DNA of 64,000 nt from Porphyromonas sp. (GCA_029983505.1 JASBZK010000003.1:18422-82421), one strand, 5' to 3'; numbered from the stretch's first letter, positions 37,893 through 49,698 are shown. Made by a program: numbers and translations. Notes: generated by a model from the sequence alone, not told the origin.

Positions 37893-40637
37893 ATGATGCA
37901 CTATCGAAGTTTATTTTACAAAAGTTTAATCGGGGCGCTCCTTTTTATCTCAAGCACCATCGGGATTCAAGCACAAACCAACTCCGGTTCCCTGACCGGC
38001 CGGGTCTATGACGAACAGCAAAAGGAGTGGATGATCGCCGCCGGCATCAAGCTCCTTCAGCCCAAAGACTCTGTCCTCGTCAAAGGCGCACTCTCCGACA
38101 CGAACGGCCGCTTCAAGATCTCGGCAGTCAAGCCAGGGACTTACTTGCTCCAAGTCTCTTATGTGGGGTATGCAGATTATTTCACGAAAGTGACCGTCGG
38201 CAGCGAGACCAAAAATTTGGGAACCATTACCCTCAGCCCGTCTGCCACCGCACTCAAAGAGGTGCAGGTCGTGGGTCAGGCGACGCCCGTGGTGATGAAG
38301 ACGGATACGGTGCAGTTTAATGCCGATGCGTTTCGCACCAAGCAAAACGCCAATGTCGAGGACTTGCTCCGCAAAATACCCGGTATGGAGATAGATGACG
38401 ACGGCAACATCACTTACAACGGCGAATCAATCGAAAGGATAGAACTCGACGGAAGGGACTTCTTTTCGAGCAACCCCACGATGGCTACCCGAAATCTGCC
38501 CTCTAATATGATTAAGAACGTCCAAGTGGTGGACAAAAAGTCGGACCAGTCCCGACTGACGGGCGTGGACGACGGCGAGAGGGTGAAAGTCCTTAACCTA
38601 AACGTGAAGGAAGACAAGAAAAAGGGCGTTTTGGCCAACCTCACCGCCGGCTACGGCACTCAGAAGCGGTACAACACCCAAGCCAATGTCAATTACTTCA
38701 ATGGGGATGCAAGGTACACGCTCCTCGGTAACCTCAATAACATCGACGGAGTCAGACGGGGACGCGGAGACCGGACGACGCGGTCGCTGGGCTTCAACTA
38801 TGACAATAAGTTTGGAGACAAAGTGCAGATGACGGCTGAGGCCGAATACCACGACAATGACGCTTCTACCATCGGGTCGAGAAATACCCAGAACTTCCTC
38901 GGAGACCAAAGCTCGACTTACGAAAACCAGAGCTACAACAACTTTTCCAACGACAAGTCCGCCGAAGCAATGACCCGTATCGAGTGGAACCCCTCGGAGC
39001 GCACCAGCATCATAGCCGAGCCCTCTTTTGACTGGCGGAGGACGACGTCGAATAATCAGGATGAGTTCACCACTACAAATGATGCGGGAGAGATCATCAA
39101 CAGAGGCAATAGCCTCCAATCCGGGCAGACAGACGACATAGGCGCAGATATGGAACTGCACTTCAGACACACATTTAATGACCTTGGGCGAAATATATAC
39201 GTGCGTGCAGCGGGAAACTATGGGAAAAGCAACGGTTTCGGTATCAAAAACTCGCTGACGGACTTCCTCTCGAAGGGGACAAAAGAAGTCATAGACCAGC
39301 GCACCACCACCGATGACTCGGACTGGGGCTACGGCGTGCGTGCCTCTTATCTCGAGCCTTTTAATAAGACGTGGGCGCTCCAACTTAATTACCGCCTCGA
39401 TGCCCAGAATAGGTACAACAACCAACTGGCGTACAATAAAGACGCCTCGGGGGCATACACCCTTCTCGACACCGATTACTCAAGGGCCTCCACGAACGAG
39501 AATATGGTACACCGCTTCGGCTTCCAAGTGAGGTATTCTTTTTGGAAGAAGAGTAATATATACGCCGGCTTCGAGGCTTCGCCCACCACGACCCATACGA
39601 CGACGAGCAACGGCATCGAGACGACGTTCGATAAGTCCCGGATAGTCTGGAACTACGCCCCCACGTTCACGGTAGACATCCGACCCACCGACACGCTGAG
39701 GGTGATGGTGCGCTACAACGGCCGGACTACGCAGCCCTCTATGATGCAGCTCAATAACGTCCCGATCATCAATTCACCCCTCTCCACCTCCGTGGGTAAT
39801 CCCGACCTCCTTCCCTCCTTCTCCCACAGTCTTCGCGCGAATATCCAATTTAACCGCCGGACTCAGAGACAGAGCTTCGGTCTCTTCGGTAGCGCAAGTT
39901 TCACAAACGATGCCGTCATCTCGAAGAGGACCATCGACAAGGCGACCGGGGCAAGCGTAAACACTTACGAGAACGTAGACGGACTGAGAAACCTGTGGTT
40001 CGGCTTCAGTGTCAATACCCCTATCGGAGGGGCGAAGAGTAAGTGGACAAGTTTCACGTTCGGTAACCTCTCCTATAATCGCAGTAAGGCGTACGTCAAT
40101 GACGCGCTCAATACCGCCGATACTTTCCGCCCCCGCCTCGCCCAACGCTTTACTTGGAGCGGAGACAACCTCCAAGTTACTACGGGGGGCTTCCTTGCGG
40201 TGCAGAGTGCCAAAAACTCCATCTCTACGGAGCTGGACCGCACGACCTATGACTACAACATCTTTAACGAACTCGTCTGGACGCTTCCTTTGGATCTCTC
40301 CCTTACTTCGCGTCTCTCGTATCAAGACGCCGCGGGCTATAACGACGCCTTTAACCGCCGACTGTGGCTCTGGGACGCCTCTCTGTCGTGGGCTTTCCTC
40401 AGCGATAAGAGCGCTTCCCTCGAGCTTAGTGCCTACGACCTTCTCCGTCAGAGAACCACGTATACGCGTACCATCTCTGCCAATAGCATCGTGGACCAAA
40501 ACGTGAACGGCATTACGAGCTATTTTATGCTCACTTTTACCTACCGCTTCAATAATTTCGGCGGTGGTGCCCCGCAGTCCGAGTCCGGACGTAGAGGTCC
40601 CGGTGGGTACGGAGGTCGTCGTCCTTCAAGATTCTAA
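37893..40637 (+). CDS. outer-membrane beta-barrel receptor-like protein with an N-terminal CarboxypepD_reg-like domain (TonB-dependent-receptor-related)
   Basis: Signal peptide ending IQAQ, a CarboxypepD_reg-like segment (GSLTGRVYDE...GTYLLQVSYVGY), a plug-like region, a long Asn/Tyr/Thr-rich barrel and a C-terminal Phe. Start set at ATG 37893. Confidence 0.8.
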   Translation: MMHYRSLFYKSLIGALLFISSTIGIQAQTNSGSLTGRVYDEQQKEWMIAAGIKLLQPKDSVLVKGALSDTNGRFKISAVKPGTYLLQVSYVGYADYFTKVTVGSETKNLGTITLSPSATALKEVQVVGQATPVVMKTDTVQFNADAFRTKQNANVEDLLRKIPGMEIDDDGNITYNGESIERIELDGRDFFSSNPTMATRNLPSNMIKNVQVVDKKSDQSRLTGVDDGERVKVLNLNVKEDKKKGVLANLTAGYGTQKRYNTQANVNYFNGDARYTLLGNLNNIDGVRRGRGDRTTRSLGFNYDNKFGDKVQMTAEAEYHDNDASTIGSRNTQNFLGDQSSTYENQSYNNFSNDKSAEAMTRIEWNPSERTSIIAEPSFDWRRTTSNNQDEFTTTNDAGEIINRGNSLQSGQTDDIGADMELHFRHTFNDLGRNIYVRAAGNYGKSNGFGIKNSLTDFLSKGTKEVIDQRTTTDDSDWGYGVRASYLEPFNKTWALQLNYRLDAQNRYNNQLAYNKDASGAYTLLDTDYSRASTNENMVHRFGFQVRYSFWKKSNIYAGFEASPTTTHTTTSNGIETTFDKSRIVWNYAPTFTVDIRPTDTLRVMVRYNGRTTQPSMMQLNNVPIINSPLSTSVGNPDLLPSFSHSLRANIQFNRRTQRQSFGLFGSASFTNDAVISKRTIDKATGASVNTYENVDGLRNLWFGFSVNTPIGGAKSKWTSFTFGNLSYNRSKAYVNDALNTADTFRPRLAQRFTWSGDNLQVTTGGFLAVQSAKNSISTELDRTTYDYNIFNELVWTLPLDLSLTSRLSYQDAAGYNDAFNRRLWLWDASLSWAFLSDKSASLELSAYDLLRQRTTYTRTISANSIVDQNVNGITSYFMLTFTYRFNNFGGGAPQSESGRRGPGGYGGRRPSRF

Positions 40638-40663
40638 GGGCGATTCCTATTGATTCAAAAAGA

Positions 40664-40693
40664 GCCGAAGTCCTGCAAGTGCAAGACTTCGGC
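40664..40693. terminator. hairpin terminator between convergent genes (receptor + / fba -)
   Basis: GCCGAAGTC (40664-40672) pairs with GACTTCGGC (40685-40693). Flanked by CAAAAAGA on one side and TTTGATTTT on the other. Confidence 0.7.
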
Positions 40694-40725
40694 TTTGATT
40701 TTATCGAAACGTTTCGGGAAGCAGC

Positions 40726-41721
40726 TTAGAGCTTATTGTCTGACCCGAGGACGTTCTTGATCTTATGTGCGTAGAGGTCTCTCATGTGGTCGCGAGCCGG
40801 TCCGAGGTACTTGCGGGGGTCAAACTCGGCGGGCTTGTCGTGGAAGACTTTGCGGATAGCCGCAGTCATCGCGAGACGGCTGTCGGAGTCGATGTTGATC
40901 TTGCATACCGCCGACTTAGCGGCTTTGCGCAACCATTCTTCGGGAATACCGATGGCATCCTTGAGGGCGCCGCCATAGGTGTTGATGGTTTCGACGTCTT
41001 CCTGGGGTACGGAAGAGGAGCCGTGGAGGACGATGGGGAAGCCGGGGAGCTTCTTTTCCACTTCTTCGAGGATGTCGAAACGGAGCATCGGGGGTACGAG
41101 GTGACCTTCGGCGTCGCGGGTACACTGCTCGGGAGTGAACTTATTGGCGCCGTGAGAAGTGCCGATGGAGATGGCGAGTGAGTCTACGCCGGTCTTGGAG
41201 ACGAAGTCGATGACTTCTTCCGGACGGGTGTAGGTGTGGTGCTCAGCGCTGACTTCGTCTTCCACGCCTGCGAGGACGCCGAGCTCACCTTCCACGGTAA
41301 CGTCATACTGATGAGCGTAGTCCACGACTTTCTTGGTGAGTGCCACGTTTTCGTCGTAGGGGAGGTGGGAGCCGTCGATCATCACGCTGGAGAAGCCCAT
41401 CTCGATACAGCTCTGGACGAGCTCGAAAGAGTCGCCGTGGTCGAGGTGAAGCACAATCTGGGGCTTTTCGAGACCGAGTTCTTTTGCATAAGCCACTGCA
41501 CCCTCAGCCATATAGCGAAGCAGGGTCTGGTTGGCATAGCTCCTCGCGCCTTTGGATACTTGGAGGATGACAGGAGATTTGGTTTCAGCTACGGCTTGGA
41601 TGATTGCCTGGAGCTGTTCCATATTATTGAAGTTAAAGGCCGGGATTGCGTAACCTCCGTCCACGGCTTTCTTGAACATCTCTCTGGTGTTGACCAGTCC
41701 GAGATCTTTATAGTTTACCAT
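40726..41721 (-). CDS. fba: class II fructose-1,6-bisphosphate aldolase
   Basis: MVNYKDLGLVNTREMF..., AIPAFNFNN, the HLDHG metal site and VLHGSS. Start set at ATG 41721. Confidence 0.95.
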   Translation of the reverse strand: MVNYKDLGLVNTREMFKKAVDGGYAIPAFNFNNMEQLQAIIQAVAETKSPVILQVSKGARSYANQTLLRYMAEGAVAYAKELGLEKPQIVLHLDHGDSFELVQSCIEMGFSSVMIDGSHLPYDENVALTKKVVDYAHQYDVTVEGELGVLAGVEDEVSAEHHTYTRPEEVIDFVSKTGVDSLAISIGTSHGANKFTPEQCTRDAEGHLVPPMLRFDILEEVEKKLPGFPIVLHGSSSVPQEDVETINTYGGALKDAIGIPEEWLRKAAKSAVCKINIDSDSRLAMTAAIRKVFHDKPAEFDPRKYLGPARDHMRDLYAHKIKNVLGSDNKL

Positions 41722-41829
41722 AATCAATCTGTGTTTTATTGTTATATTTTTAATGGAAAATCGGTTCTCACGTATCTTCAGAACAATCGAAACGGCGCGC
41801 AAGTTGCGGCACATTACGCTTTCCGAGTA

Positions 41830-41837
41830 CAAATATA
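41830..41837 (-). promoter_or_regulatory. candidate -7 box (TATATTTG on the minus strand) for fba
   Basis: Plus strand reads caaatata, about 110 nt upstream of the fba ATG. Confidence 0.4.
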
Positions 41838-41947
41838 CCACAATATAACCAGTAGTTTGAACAATATTTCGCCGGACTGTTCCGCGGATGGCGTTTTGAA
41901 TCAGATACGGTACAGGAAGAACTTCTCGGTAGGACATAGGCTACGGC

Positions 41948-42014
41948 GAGATACAGACCGAAAATTTCTTTTTGGTCTGACTGAAACGAGCGCGACCTTT
42001 TGGTCTTGTGTCTC
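41948..42014. repeat. degenerate copy of the module family
   Basis: GAGATACAGACCGAAAA / TTTTTGGTCTG hairpin (41948-41981), then GGTCTTGTGTCTC at 42002. The phase is disturbed by an indel. Confidence 0.65.
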
Positions 42015-42051
42015 GGGGTTGTTGGTCGGGTTTTTGGGAAAAGAATAAAGT

Positions 42052-42093
42052 GAAGCCCCGCATCTTATAAATTGTATAAGAACACGGGGCTTC
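42052..42093 (-). terminator. hairpin downstream of tRNA-Phe
   Basis: GAAGCCCCG (42052-42060) pairs with CGGGGCTTC (42085-42093), with an inner CTTATA/TATAAG stem. On the minus strand it is followed by a T-rich tract. Confidence 0.5.
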
Positions 42094-42106
42094 GGGGGGA
42101 GGGAAG

Positions 42107-42178
<72 letters not shown>

Positions 42179-42252
42179 AAGATTAACCTCTTTATTTTAC
42201 GAGGAGCAACGCCGTCCGGACTTTGTGTCGTTTCTGTTTCGGAATTGCTCTA

Positions 42253-42260
42253 CAAAGGTA
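42253..42260 (-). promoter_or_regulatory. candidate -7 box (TACCTTTG on the minus strand) upstream of tRNA-Phe
   Basis: Plus strand reads caaaggta, 75 nt upstream of the tRNA 5' end. That is rather far, hence the low confidence. Confidence 0.3.
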
Positions 42261-42341
42261 CCAAAACTTTTTATGTTACCAAATCTTTGAGCGGATGTTT
42301 GCGAAAAATATTTCCTTGGAGGTTCGGAAGTGTCCGATTCC

Positions 42342-42974
42342 TTACTTCGTTTTGACACCGGAAGTCCCTTCCGTGAGTAGATCTCTTAACTTCCGATACA
42401 GGGGGTGAGAAGCAGGGAGGGTGAGGAAGTAGGGGAGATCGCAGCCTCTTGCGATCATTTCCCGAATTTCCGTGGACGAGATTTCAAAAGTCGGTACGTC
42501 CTCAAGAATTTGGATGTTTTCTCGTCCTCTGAATCCCGCGGGGATCTCGTAGCCGGGGCGTGGGTAGATAAGAAAGGACTGCTTCTCCATAAGCTCTTCC
42601 CCTCTGTACCATTGGGGTAAGTCAATCAGGCTGTCCATCCCTGCAAGTAAAGTAAACCGGTGGTCGGGGTATTTTGCCCTAAGGAAACGGAGCGTATTGT
42701 ACGTATAATTAGGCTCCGGCAGCCCAAACTCATCCGTGCTGAGTCTCAGCTTGGGGTGGAGCTTCAGTACCTCAGCGACCCACTCCGCACGGAACGATTC
42801 GGGAAGAAGGTCTCTGGGGTTTTTGAAGGGATTAGACGGCGTGAGGAGAAACCACAGCTCGTCCGCCTCCACTGTTTCCACGATGTAATTCGCAAGGCAG
42901 AGGTGACCGATATGGAGGGGACTGAAGGAGCCGGGGTAGAGGATGACTTGTTTCAAACGTTTAGTCGAGCTCAA
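42342..42974 (-). CDS. nadD: nicotinate-nucleotide adenylyltransferase
   Basis: HxGH motif GSFSPLHIGH and an ISSTEIR-type motif (ISSTEIREMI). Confidence 0.9.
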   Translation of the reverse strand: MSSTKRLKQVILYPGSFSPLHIGHLCLANYIVETVEADELWFLLTPSNPFKNPRDLLPESFRAEWVAEVLKLHPKLRLSTDEFGLPEPNYTYNTLRFLRAKYPDHRFTLLAGMDSLIDLPQWYRGEELMEKQSFLIYPRPGYEIPAGFRGRENIQILEDVPTFEISSTEIREMIARGCDLPYFLTLPASHPLYRKLRDLLTEGTSGVKTK

Positions 42975-43536
42975 GGTAGGCTTTGATTACCGTGTAGCAG
43001 AGCTTCTTGGCTTCATCAAGGTTGTCATTGACGATGACTTGATCCGCATAGCGGGCATAGGAAAGCTCTTCTTCCGCCCGCGAAAGGCGAAGGTCGATTT
43101 TCTCTGCCGTCTCGGTTCCTCTGCGGATCAGTCTTTCTCGGAGGACTTCGAGGCTCGGCGGCTGGATGAAGATGAAAAGGGCATCGTTGCCAAACTCCTT
43201 TTTGAGTCTCAATGCACCTTTTACATCAATGTCGAGGAACACGTTTTTGCCCTCTGCTCGTGGCGTATCCACTTCACTCCTAAGCGTGCCGTAATAGGTG
43301 CCTGAGTAGACCTCCTCGTACTCGATGAAGGCTCCTTCGGAGATCTTTTGCTCAAAGTCCTCTTTTGTCAGAAAATGGTATTCGCATCCGTGTTTCTCCG
43401 CTCCTCTCGGGGCACGAGAGGTAGCGGAGATGGAGAAATAGGGGTTTAGCTCCGGGCGGGAAAGGATGTAGCTCAAGATGGTACTCTTTCCGGATCCGCT
43501 CGGTGCCGAGACGATGATTATCTTGCCTTTCTTCAT
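42961..43536 (-). CDS. gmk: guanylate kinase
   Basis: P-loop APSGSGKST and TSRAPRGAEKHGCEYHF. Confidence 0.95.
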   Translation of the reverse strand: MKKGKIIIVSAPSGSGKSTILSYILSRPELNPYFSISATSRAPRGAEKHGCEYHFLTKEDFEQKISEGAFIEYEEVYSGTYYGTLRSEVDTPRAEGKNVFLDIDVKGALRLKKEFGNDALFIFIQPPSLEVLRERLIRRGTETAEKIDLRLSRAEEELSYARYADQVIVNDNLDEAKKLCYTVIKAYLELD

Positions 43537-43542
43537 GGCTTA

Positions 43543-44424
43543 TTAGAGGACGTTCAGGACCTGTTCTTTGATCTGCTCGAGGTGGTCCTTCATTTTGACC
43601 ACGATCTTCTGGAGCTCTGCGTGGTTGCTCTTGGAGCCGAGGGTATTGATCTCACGCCCCATTTCCTGGGCGATGAAGCCGAGCTTGCGCCCCTGTCCGG
43701 GATCGGGGAGATCCATTGTCTCTTGGAAATACTTCAGATGGTTCTTGAGCCGGTTTTTCTCTTCGTTGACATCGAGCTTTTCGATGTAGAAAATCATCTC
43801 CTGCTCAAGCCTGCCGGGATCATACTCGTGGTCGATGTACTTTTTGAGGTTGTCTTCGAGCCGCTGTTTGATCTCCGTGATGCGCTCTTCTTCAAAGGGT
43901 TTGGTCAGGGACAGAAGCTCATCAATGGCGCGGTTGTTTGCCTCAAAGACCCGATAAAGCGAAAGACCCTCCTGGGCTCTGAACTCCTGAAGGTGATCGA
44001 GTGCGTCTCCGAGCGCTTTCGTCATCAGTTCCTTTATCGCTTCGATTTCGTCTTCCGACTCTTCGCGACTTTTTTGGACCCCGTTGAGCCCGAGGATGGT
44101 CTTCATCGGGTTGTCGAGCATCGGTATGCCGGTTTCTGCCGCAAAGTCTTGCAACTTCTGCCAGTACTCTCTTGCCAAGGCTGCGTCAAAGGAGACGTTA
44201 GGCTCTTCTCTTAGATGCTCGACGGAGACAAAAACGTCTATTTTCCCTCTGAGCAGACTTTGTGCCACTGTCTTGCGCACCTCGATCTCTTCGCTCCTCA
44301 GGTCAAAAGGCAGTCTCAGGGAGATGTCTGCCTGTTTGCTGTTGAGCGACCGTATCTCTACGGTTACTTTTTGGCTTTCGGATTTGGCCTCGGCCTTACC
44401 GAAGCCGGTCATAGAGTGAATCAT
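43543..44424 (-). CDS. yicC: YicC family stress-induced protein
   Basis: MIHSMTGFGKAE N-terminus, SLNSK, and a C-terminal DUF1732-like region (GRKLGFIAQEMGREINTLGSKS). Start set at ATG 44424. Confidence 0.9.
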   Translation of the reverse strand: MIHSMTGFGKAEAKSESQKVTVEIRSLNSKQADISLRLPFDLRSEEIEVRKTVAQSLLRGKIDVFVSVEHLREEPNVSFDAALAREYWQKLQDFAAETGIPMLDNPMKTILGLNGVQKSREESEDEIEAIKELMTKALGDALDHLQEFRAQEGLSLYRVFEANNRAIDELLSLTKPFEEERITEIKQRLEDNLKKYIDHEYDPGRLEQEMIFYIEKLDVNEEKNRLKNHLKYFQETMDLPDPGQGRKLGFIAQEMGREINTLGSKSNHAELQKIVVKMKDHLEQIKEQVLNVL

Positions 44425-44438
44425 ATCCGATGAGAGGG

Positions 44439-47400
44439 TTAGAGGTTTTTGCCGTGGCAGTTCTTGAACTTTTTGCCGCTTCCGCAAGGACAGGGATCGT
44501 TGCGTCCGATCTTTTGCTGAGCGACGTAAGGCTGGCGCTTCTCGGGCTCTTTGGCAGAGGCATTCTTCCCCGCTTGGTAGCGTGCTTCCTGCTGTGCCTC
44601 ATAGTCGTCTTTTTGCTCTTTGTACTGTTTGCGACCGGCGTTTTCTCTCGGGTCATCGTGCTGCTCGCGTACTTGGAGATTTTGCGCCTGAGTCTGTTGC
44701 TGCGGTGGTGCCACGTTGATGTGACCGCGCATGATGATCTCGGTGGCTTTTTGGTTCATCTCGGCAACCATTTCGGCAAAAAGCTCGTAGGCCTCCACCT
44801 TGAAGATCACGAGGGGATCCTTATTCTCATAAGACGCATTGCGGACTGCGTTCTGGAGTTCGTCCATATTTAGGAGGTGGCGCTCCCACGCGTCGTCTAT
44901 GGTGTAGAGGAGGATGGTCTTTTGGAACGCCTTGCCGATGTTCTTGGAGTGCGTCTCGACTGCCTCTTTGAGATTGACGACCACATTGTACATCAAGCGT
45001 CCGTCCGAGACAGGGACATAAATGTTTTCCACCTTGTCTCCGTGCATTTGGTAGAAGTTCTGGAGAATGGGGTCTGCCAGCTCGGCGATGCGATCCATTC
45101 TTCTCTGAAGCGTCTTTATGGCTTCGTCGACGATGGCATCCGCAATCTGCTCTTTGCTCATCGAACGGAATCTTGATTCCGCGTCATCCGGCAGATCGAG
45201 TGCGAAGATGGTGTAGACCTCTGTCTTGAACTCTTGGAACGTGGCTCCTTCAAACTTTTCTGCCACTTTCTCCGCCGTCTGCTGGAGGGTATTGATGACG
45301 TCCATACCCACACGCTCACCCATAAGGGCGTGGTTTCTGCGGGTGTAGATGACCTTACGCTGAGCGTTCTTTACGTCGTCGTACTCGAGGAGATGCTTAC
45401 GGATGCCGAAGTTGTTTTCTTCGACTTTCTTTTGGGCGTTTTCCACAGCCTTGGAGAGCTGCGAGCTCTCCAGCATATCTTCGTCCTTGAAGCCCATCGT
45501 GCTAAGCCACTTGGCCATACGGTCGGACCCGAATAGGCGCATCAGTTTGTCTTCCATAGAGACGAAGAAGACGGAGGATCCGGGGTCGCCCTGGCGTCCG
45601 GCACGACCGCGGAGCTGACGGTCCACGCGCCGGGACTCGTGCCGCTCTGTACCGATGATGGCGAGACCGCCCTTCGCGCGAACTTCCGGAGACAGTTTGA
45701 TGTCGGTACCGCGGCCGGCCATATTGGTGGCGATGGTCACAGTGCTGCTCTGTCCCGCTTGAGCCACGATCTCGGCCTCCTTCTGGTGCAGCTTGGCGTT
45801 GAGGACTTGGTGCGGAATTTTGCGGAGTGTGAGCATCTTGGAGAGCAACTCCGATATTTCGACGGACGTTGTCCCGACGAGAACCGGTCTGCCGAGTGCC
45901 GTGAGGCGCTCCACTTCGTCGATCACGGCGGCATACTTGACACGTGCAGTCTTGTAGATGCGGTCGTTTTCGTCGATGCGGGCGATGGGCTTATTTGTGG
46001 GGATGACTACGACATCGAGCTTGTAGATGTCCCAAAACTCCTTTGCCTCCGTCTCCGCCGTACCGGTCATGCCGGCCAGTTTGTGGTACATACGGAAGTA
46101 GTTCTGGAGCGTGATTGTGGCTTTGGTCTGAGAGGCCTGCTCGACTTTGACGTGCTCTTTGGCTTCGATGGCTTGGTGGAGACCGTCGGAGTACCTCCGC
46201 CCGTCCATAATACGTCCTGTCTGCTCGTCTACGATGAGGACTTTATTGTCCATCACCACGTACTGGTCGTCTCTCTCGAAGAGCGTGTAGGCTCTAAGGA
46301 GCTGGTTTATGGTGTGGACGCGCTCGCTTTTGATGGCGTAGGCGGTCAGCATTTCATCTTTTTTCGTCGCCTTCTCTTCCGGGGTGAGGTCTTGGTTCTC
46401 AAGGTCGCTCATCTCGGTGGCGATGTCCGGGAGGATGAAGAACTCGGGGTCGTCACTCTTACCCGTGAGGAGGTCGATACCTTTGTCCGTGAGCTCAATG
46501 CGGTTCGTCTTTTCGTCGATCACGAAGTAGAGCACGTCGGTGGCTGTGTGCATCTCCCGGTTATTGTCCGCCATAAAGTAGGCTTCCGTCTCAAGCAGGT
46601 GCTTCTTGACGCCCTCTTCGCTTAAATACTTGATAAGGGCTTTGTTTTTGGGTAGCCCCTTGTAGCTTCTGAAAAGCTGGACATAGCCGTCCTCTTGGAC
46701 TTTTTTGTCCTCGCTTGCGATCTTTTGCTTCGCTTCTGTGAGAAGTTTCGTGGCCAGTGTCTTCTGGGCGTTCACCACAAGCTCCACATTCGAGCGAAAC
46801 TCTTCGAACATCTGGTCGCCCTTCGTCTCCACGGGACCCGAGATAATCAGCGGCGTACGGGCATCGTCAATAAGGACGGAGTCCACTTCGTCGACGATGG
46901 CGTAGTTGTGTTTCCGTTGAACCAGATCGTCCGGCTTGCGTGCCATATTGTCGCGGAGGTAGTCGAAGCCGAACTCGTTATTGGTGCCGAAAGTGATGTC
47001 GCAGTTGTAGGCGGCACGACGCTCGGGGGAGTTGGGCTCGGTTTTGTCGATACATGCGACAGAGAGTCCATGGAACATATACAGCGGTCCCATCCACTCG
47101 GAGTCACGCTTGGCGAGGTAGTCGTTGACGGTGACGACGTGCACACCGCTGCCGGTGAGTGCGTTCAGGAATACGGGCAAAGTAGCCACGAGCGTTTTAC
47201 CTTCCCCGGTGGCCATTTCCGCTATTTTCCCTTGGTGCAGGACGACGCCGCCGATGAGCTGGACGTCGTAGTGAACCATATCCCAGGTGACGGGATTACC
47301 CCCCGCCATCCAGGTGTGTTTGTACACGGCTTTGTCCCCCTCTATGGTGACGAAGTCTTTCGTGACGGCTAAGTCGCGGTCGAAGTCCGAAGCCGTGACT

Positions 47401-47852
47401 TCGATGGTCTCGTTTTCCATAAAACGACGAGCCGTGTCTTTCATTATCGCAAAAGCTTCGGGCAAAAGCTCCGTGAGCTTTTCCTCTTTCATATCGAGGA
47501 TATGTTCCTCAATCTTGTCTACTTCTGCCCAGATTGCCTCTCTCTCGGAGAGCTCTTTGCCTTCCACGGAGGCTTTCAGCTCCGAGATACGGTCGTTTTC
47601 GGCGCGGACGTAGTCTTGGATCTCTTGGCGCATGGCAGATGAGCGAGCCCGGAGCTCGTCATTAGACCACGTTTTTACTTTTTCGAACTGTTCGTTGATT
47701 TTGGCTACGTAGGGTCTCAGCTCTTTGAGGTCCTTATCCGATTTATTGCCAAAAATCTTGGCCAGTAAATTATTTAATCCCATAGGTGTATCGTGTCTCA
47801 GTGACGCTTGTTCTGATTTTTTACTTGTTTCGGTATCTTCTTTCTCTCCCAT
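44439..47852 (-). CDS. secA: preprotein translocase ATPase SecA
   Basis: DEAD-like motor ([33 protein letters not shown]), the PPXD and HWD domains, and a C-terminal zinc-binding tail [14 protein letters not shown]. Confidence 0.97.
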   Translation of the reverse strand: MGEKEDTETSKKSEQASLRHDTPMGLNNLLAKIFGNKSDKDLKELRPYVAKINEQFEKVKTWSNDELRARSSAMRQEIQDYVRAENDRISELKASVEGKELSEREAIWAEVDKIEEHILDMKEEKLTELLPEAFAIMKDTARRFMENETIEVTASDFDRDLAVTKDFVTIEGDKAVYKHTWMAGGNPVTWDMVHYDVQLIGGVVLHQGKIAEMATGEGKTLVATLPVFLNALTGSGVHVVTVNDYLAKRDSEWMGPLYMFHGLSVACIDKTEPNSPERRAAYNCDITFGTNNEFGFDYLRDNMARKPDDLVQRKHNYAIVDEVDSVLIDDARTPLIISGPVETKGDQMFEEFRSNVELVVNAQKTLATKLLTEAKQKIASEDKKVQEDGYVQLFRSYKGLPKNKALIKYLSEEGVKKHLLETEAYFMADNNREMHTATDVLYFVIDEKTNRIELTDKGIDLLTGKSDDPEFFILPDIATEMSDLENQDLTPEEKATKKDEMLTAYAIKSERVHTINQLLRAYTLFERDDQYVVMDNKVLIVDEQTGRIMDGRRYSDGLHQAIEAKEHVKVEQASQTKATITLQNYFRMYHKLAGMTGTAETEAKEFWDIYKLDVVVIPTNKPIARIDENDRIYKTARVKYAAVIDEVERLTALGRPVLVGTTSVEISELLSKMLTLRKIPHQVLNAKLHQKEAEIVAQAGQSSTVTIATNMAGRGTDIKLSPEVRAKGGLAIIGTERHESRRVDRQLRGRAGRQGDPGSSVFFVSMEDKLMRLFGSDRMAKWLSTMGFKDEDMLESSQLSKAVENAQKKVEENNFGIRKHLLEYDDVKNAQRKVIYTRRNHALMGERVGMDVINTLQQTAEKVAEKFEGATFQEFKTEVYTIFALDLPDDAESRFRSMSKEQIADAIVDEAIKTLQRRMDRIAELADPILQNFYQMHGDKVENIYVPVSDGRLMYNVVVNLKEAVETHSKNIGKAFQKTILLYTIDDAWERHLLNMDELQNAVRNASYENKDPLVIFKVEAYELFAEMVAEMNQKATEIIMRGHINVAPPQQQTQAQNLQVREQHDDPRENAGRKQYKEQKDDYEAQQEARYQAGKNASAKEPEKRQPYVAQQKIGRNDPCPCGSGKKFKNCHGKNL

Positions 47853-47865
47853 CTCTTCGCAATCA

Positions 47866-49476
47866 CTACCTCGATGGCGGTCGTATGCGCAGAGTCTCGC
47901 AGATCACTTCGGAGACGTTTCTGAGGTCGAGAGGTGTCTCGATGCGCCCCGGAGTGATGCCCGGACCGAGTATCAGGAGGGGAGAAGTGATGCTTGCGAA
48001 GAAGTGTGCCGCAGGATGTGCGGATGAGCCTACGGGACTATTCCCGAACGTGAAGCCCGTCTGAAGTCCGAATACGACGTCACCACGGTCTTTGGCGGGG
48101 ACGCTGTGCATCGCCGTGAGGAGCTTGGCGTTACCGTCATTCGTCAGGAGGCTTCGGCGCAGCTCCCACTCGGGGAATGCGTATGCTACTCCGGCAAACT
48201 CTTGGAGAAAATCGGCGACCAGACGGCGGACTTCTTCGCTGTCGAGTTTGGAAGCCTTCAGACGTTCGTTGTCCAAGTAAAGTTGCCCCTCCTCCGTGAT
48301 CTCTTTTACCAAACCTTTGACCCCGTATCGGGTGTCCAGGTACATATTGGTGAGTGCCTTGCACTTGTCCGCGTGAAAAGTGCGGTTTTCCGCATCGGCG
48401 CGCACTTCTGCGGGGGCCATTCCGTCACCGGAGATGATAAGGACGGTCTCTTTTGGCAGCTGCTTCCTCAGTCTCCTGATCTCTTCTTCGAGACGATAGT
48501 ACCCGTCCATTATCTCGGGGGAGAGGAGCGCGGGCGAAAATTCCCCCGGCACCGCCAGGCTGTAAGTCAGGGCAAGGACGTCGGTGTTGCCATCAGTGCC
48601 GAGACCTCCGTTTTCGATCAAAGAGAGTGCGGTCTCGGTGACTTCTTCATTGGCAAGAGGGGTATTGAGGTACGACTCCGCCCGAGTCAGTGTGTGCGAA
48701 AAAGGAACCTCTTCGTGTCTGAAAGTCCACTTACCGTACTTCTCGAAAAAGTCGGAGTGATAATAGGGTGTCCAAGAGATTCCTTTGGAGAGCTTGACCC
48801 GTGGCGCGGGGAGCTTGGATACATACCAAGGCAGCTTCGTAGGGTAATAGTTGCTTGATGCCCTCTCGCCCCTTGTCTCGTTTGTCCAGAAAACCCCGTC
48901 GGCACCGGTTCCTCCGCCGATAATGGCCTCTTCCGGTCGTGTCGCCACGCTGTAAACCACCCCAAGCCCCCCGGATGCCCTTTTGACGGCATCCGAAATG
49001 GTGGCAGACAGAAGCGTCTCCGGCGCCAATCTCTCGGAAGTCCCTATCCCGGAATACTTGTCCGAAAAAAAGACCGAAAGAGATCTGTCGAGGGTGCCGT
49101 TCTTGAGCTTGCGGAGCGGTCTGCGCGCAGTCACTCCGTTTTCCAGTCCCAAGACTCCGGTGTGTAGGATGGCTGCGGAAACTGCGGCATCGGCAGTGAT
49201 GAGCGGGTGGCGGACTTGAGGGTAGAGTAGGGCGCTTTTGAGCAGGTCGATCTGCCCGCTCTCCTCTAATGTGAGTTCCAAAAGATTCGTCTCAAGACCC
49301 GATACGGTGATGAGGACGACGAGGCGCGGCGCACCCTCTTTCCGGCTCGTTTGCTCCTCTGCATCCGTGGGCTCAAAGTCCTCTCTCATAGAGATCATAG
49401 CCTCTGCCGAGAGCAGGTTCAACTGAACCGCCCCCGCCAAAAGTGCGAGCAAAGGATATACGAACTTATTTCTCAA
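47866..49476 (-). CDS. secreted protein, weakly alkaline-phosphatase/nucleotide-pyrophosphatase-superfamily-like
   Basis: Signal peptide; LVVLITVSG and [11 protein letters not shown] segments resemble AlkP-core strands, but the metal and nucleophile residues are not clearly conserved. The CDS itself is solid (536 aa, 13 nt after secA). Confidence 0.45.
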   Translation of the reverse strand: MRNKFVYPLLALLAGAVQLNLLSAEAMISMREDFEPTDAEEQTSRKEGAPRLVVLITVSGLETNLLELTLEESGQIDLLKSALLYPQVRHPLITADAAVSAAILHTGVLGLENGVTARRPLRKLKNGTLDRSLSVFFSDKYSGIGTSERLAPETLLSATISDAVKRASGGLGVVYSVATRPEEAIIGGGTGADGVFWTNETRGERASSNYYPTKLPWYVSKLPAPRVKLSKGISWTPYYHSDFFEKYGKWTFRHEEVPFSHTLTRAESYLNTPLANEEVTETALSLIENGGLGTDGNTDVLALTYSLAVPGEFSPALLSPEIMDGYYRLEEEIRRLRKQLPKETVLIISGDGMAPAEVRADAENRTFHADKCKALTNMYLDTRYGVKGLVKEITEEGQLYLDNERLKASKLDSEEVRRLVADFLQEFAGVAYAFPEWELRRSLLTNDGNAKLLTAMHSVPAKDRGDVVFGLQTGFTFGNSPVGSSAHPAAHFFASITSPLLILGPGITPGRIETPLDLRNVSEVICETLRIRPPSR

Positions 49477-49529
49477 TCAATGGTGATGCCTATGGACGAA
49501 TCCGCGTTTGTTTCTACTTAATCAGCTTA

Positions 49530-49537
49530 CAAATTTA
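49530..49537 (-). promoter_or_regulatory. candidate -7 box (TAAATTTG on the minus strand) for the 47866-49476 gene and secA
   Basis: Plus strand reads caaattta, about 55 nt upstream of the ATG at 49476. Confidence 0.4.
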
Positions 49538-49602
49538 CCACTTTCTTCCTTATCTATACCCCGCCCTGTCTCGAAGCACTGAAGTGCCGCCGAATGGGCT
49601 CA

Positions 49603-49698
49603 AACAGCCCGATGGTTCTTGATCCGTATCTCGCAATCTTCCCGGTACGTGTCTCGTTTCATCGTGATACAGACCAAAGAGATCTTCTCGGTACGTCC
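49603..49698. repeat. 23-nt-period module element, copy C of the roughly 95-nt subfamily
   Basis: GATCCGTATCTC at 49621, GGTACGTGTCTC at 49644, GGTACGTCC at 49690 (steps of 23 and 46 nt). Collinear with 21305-21401. Confidence 0.85.
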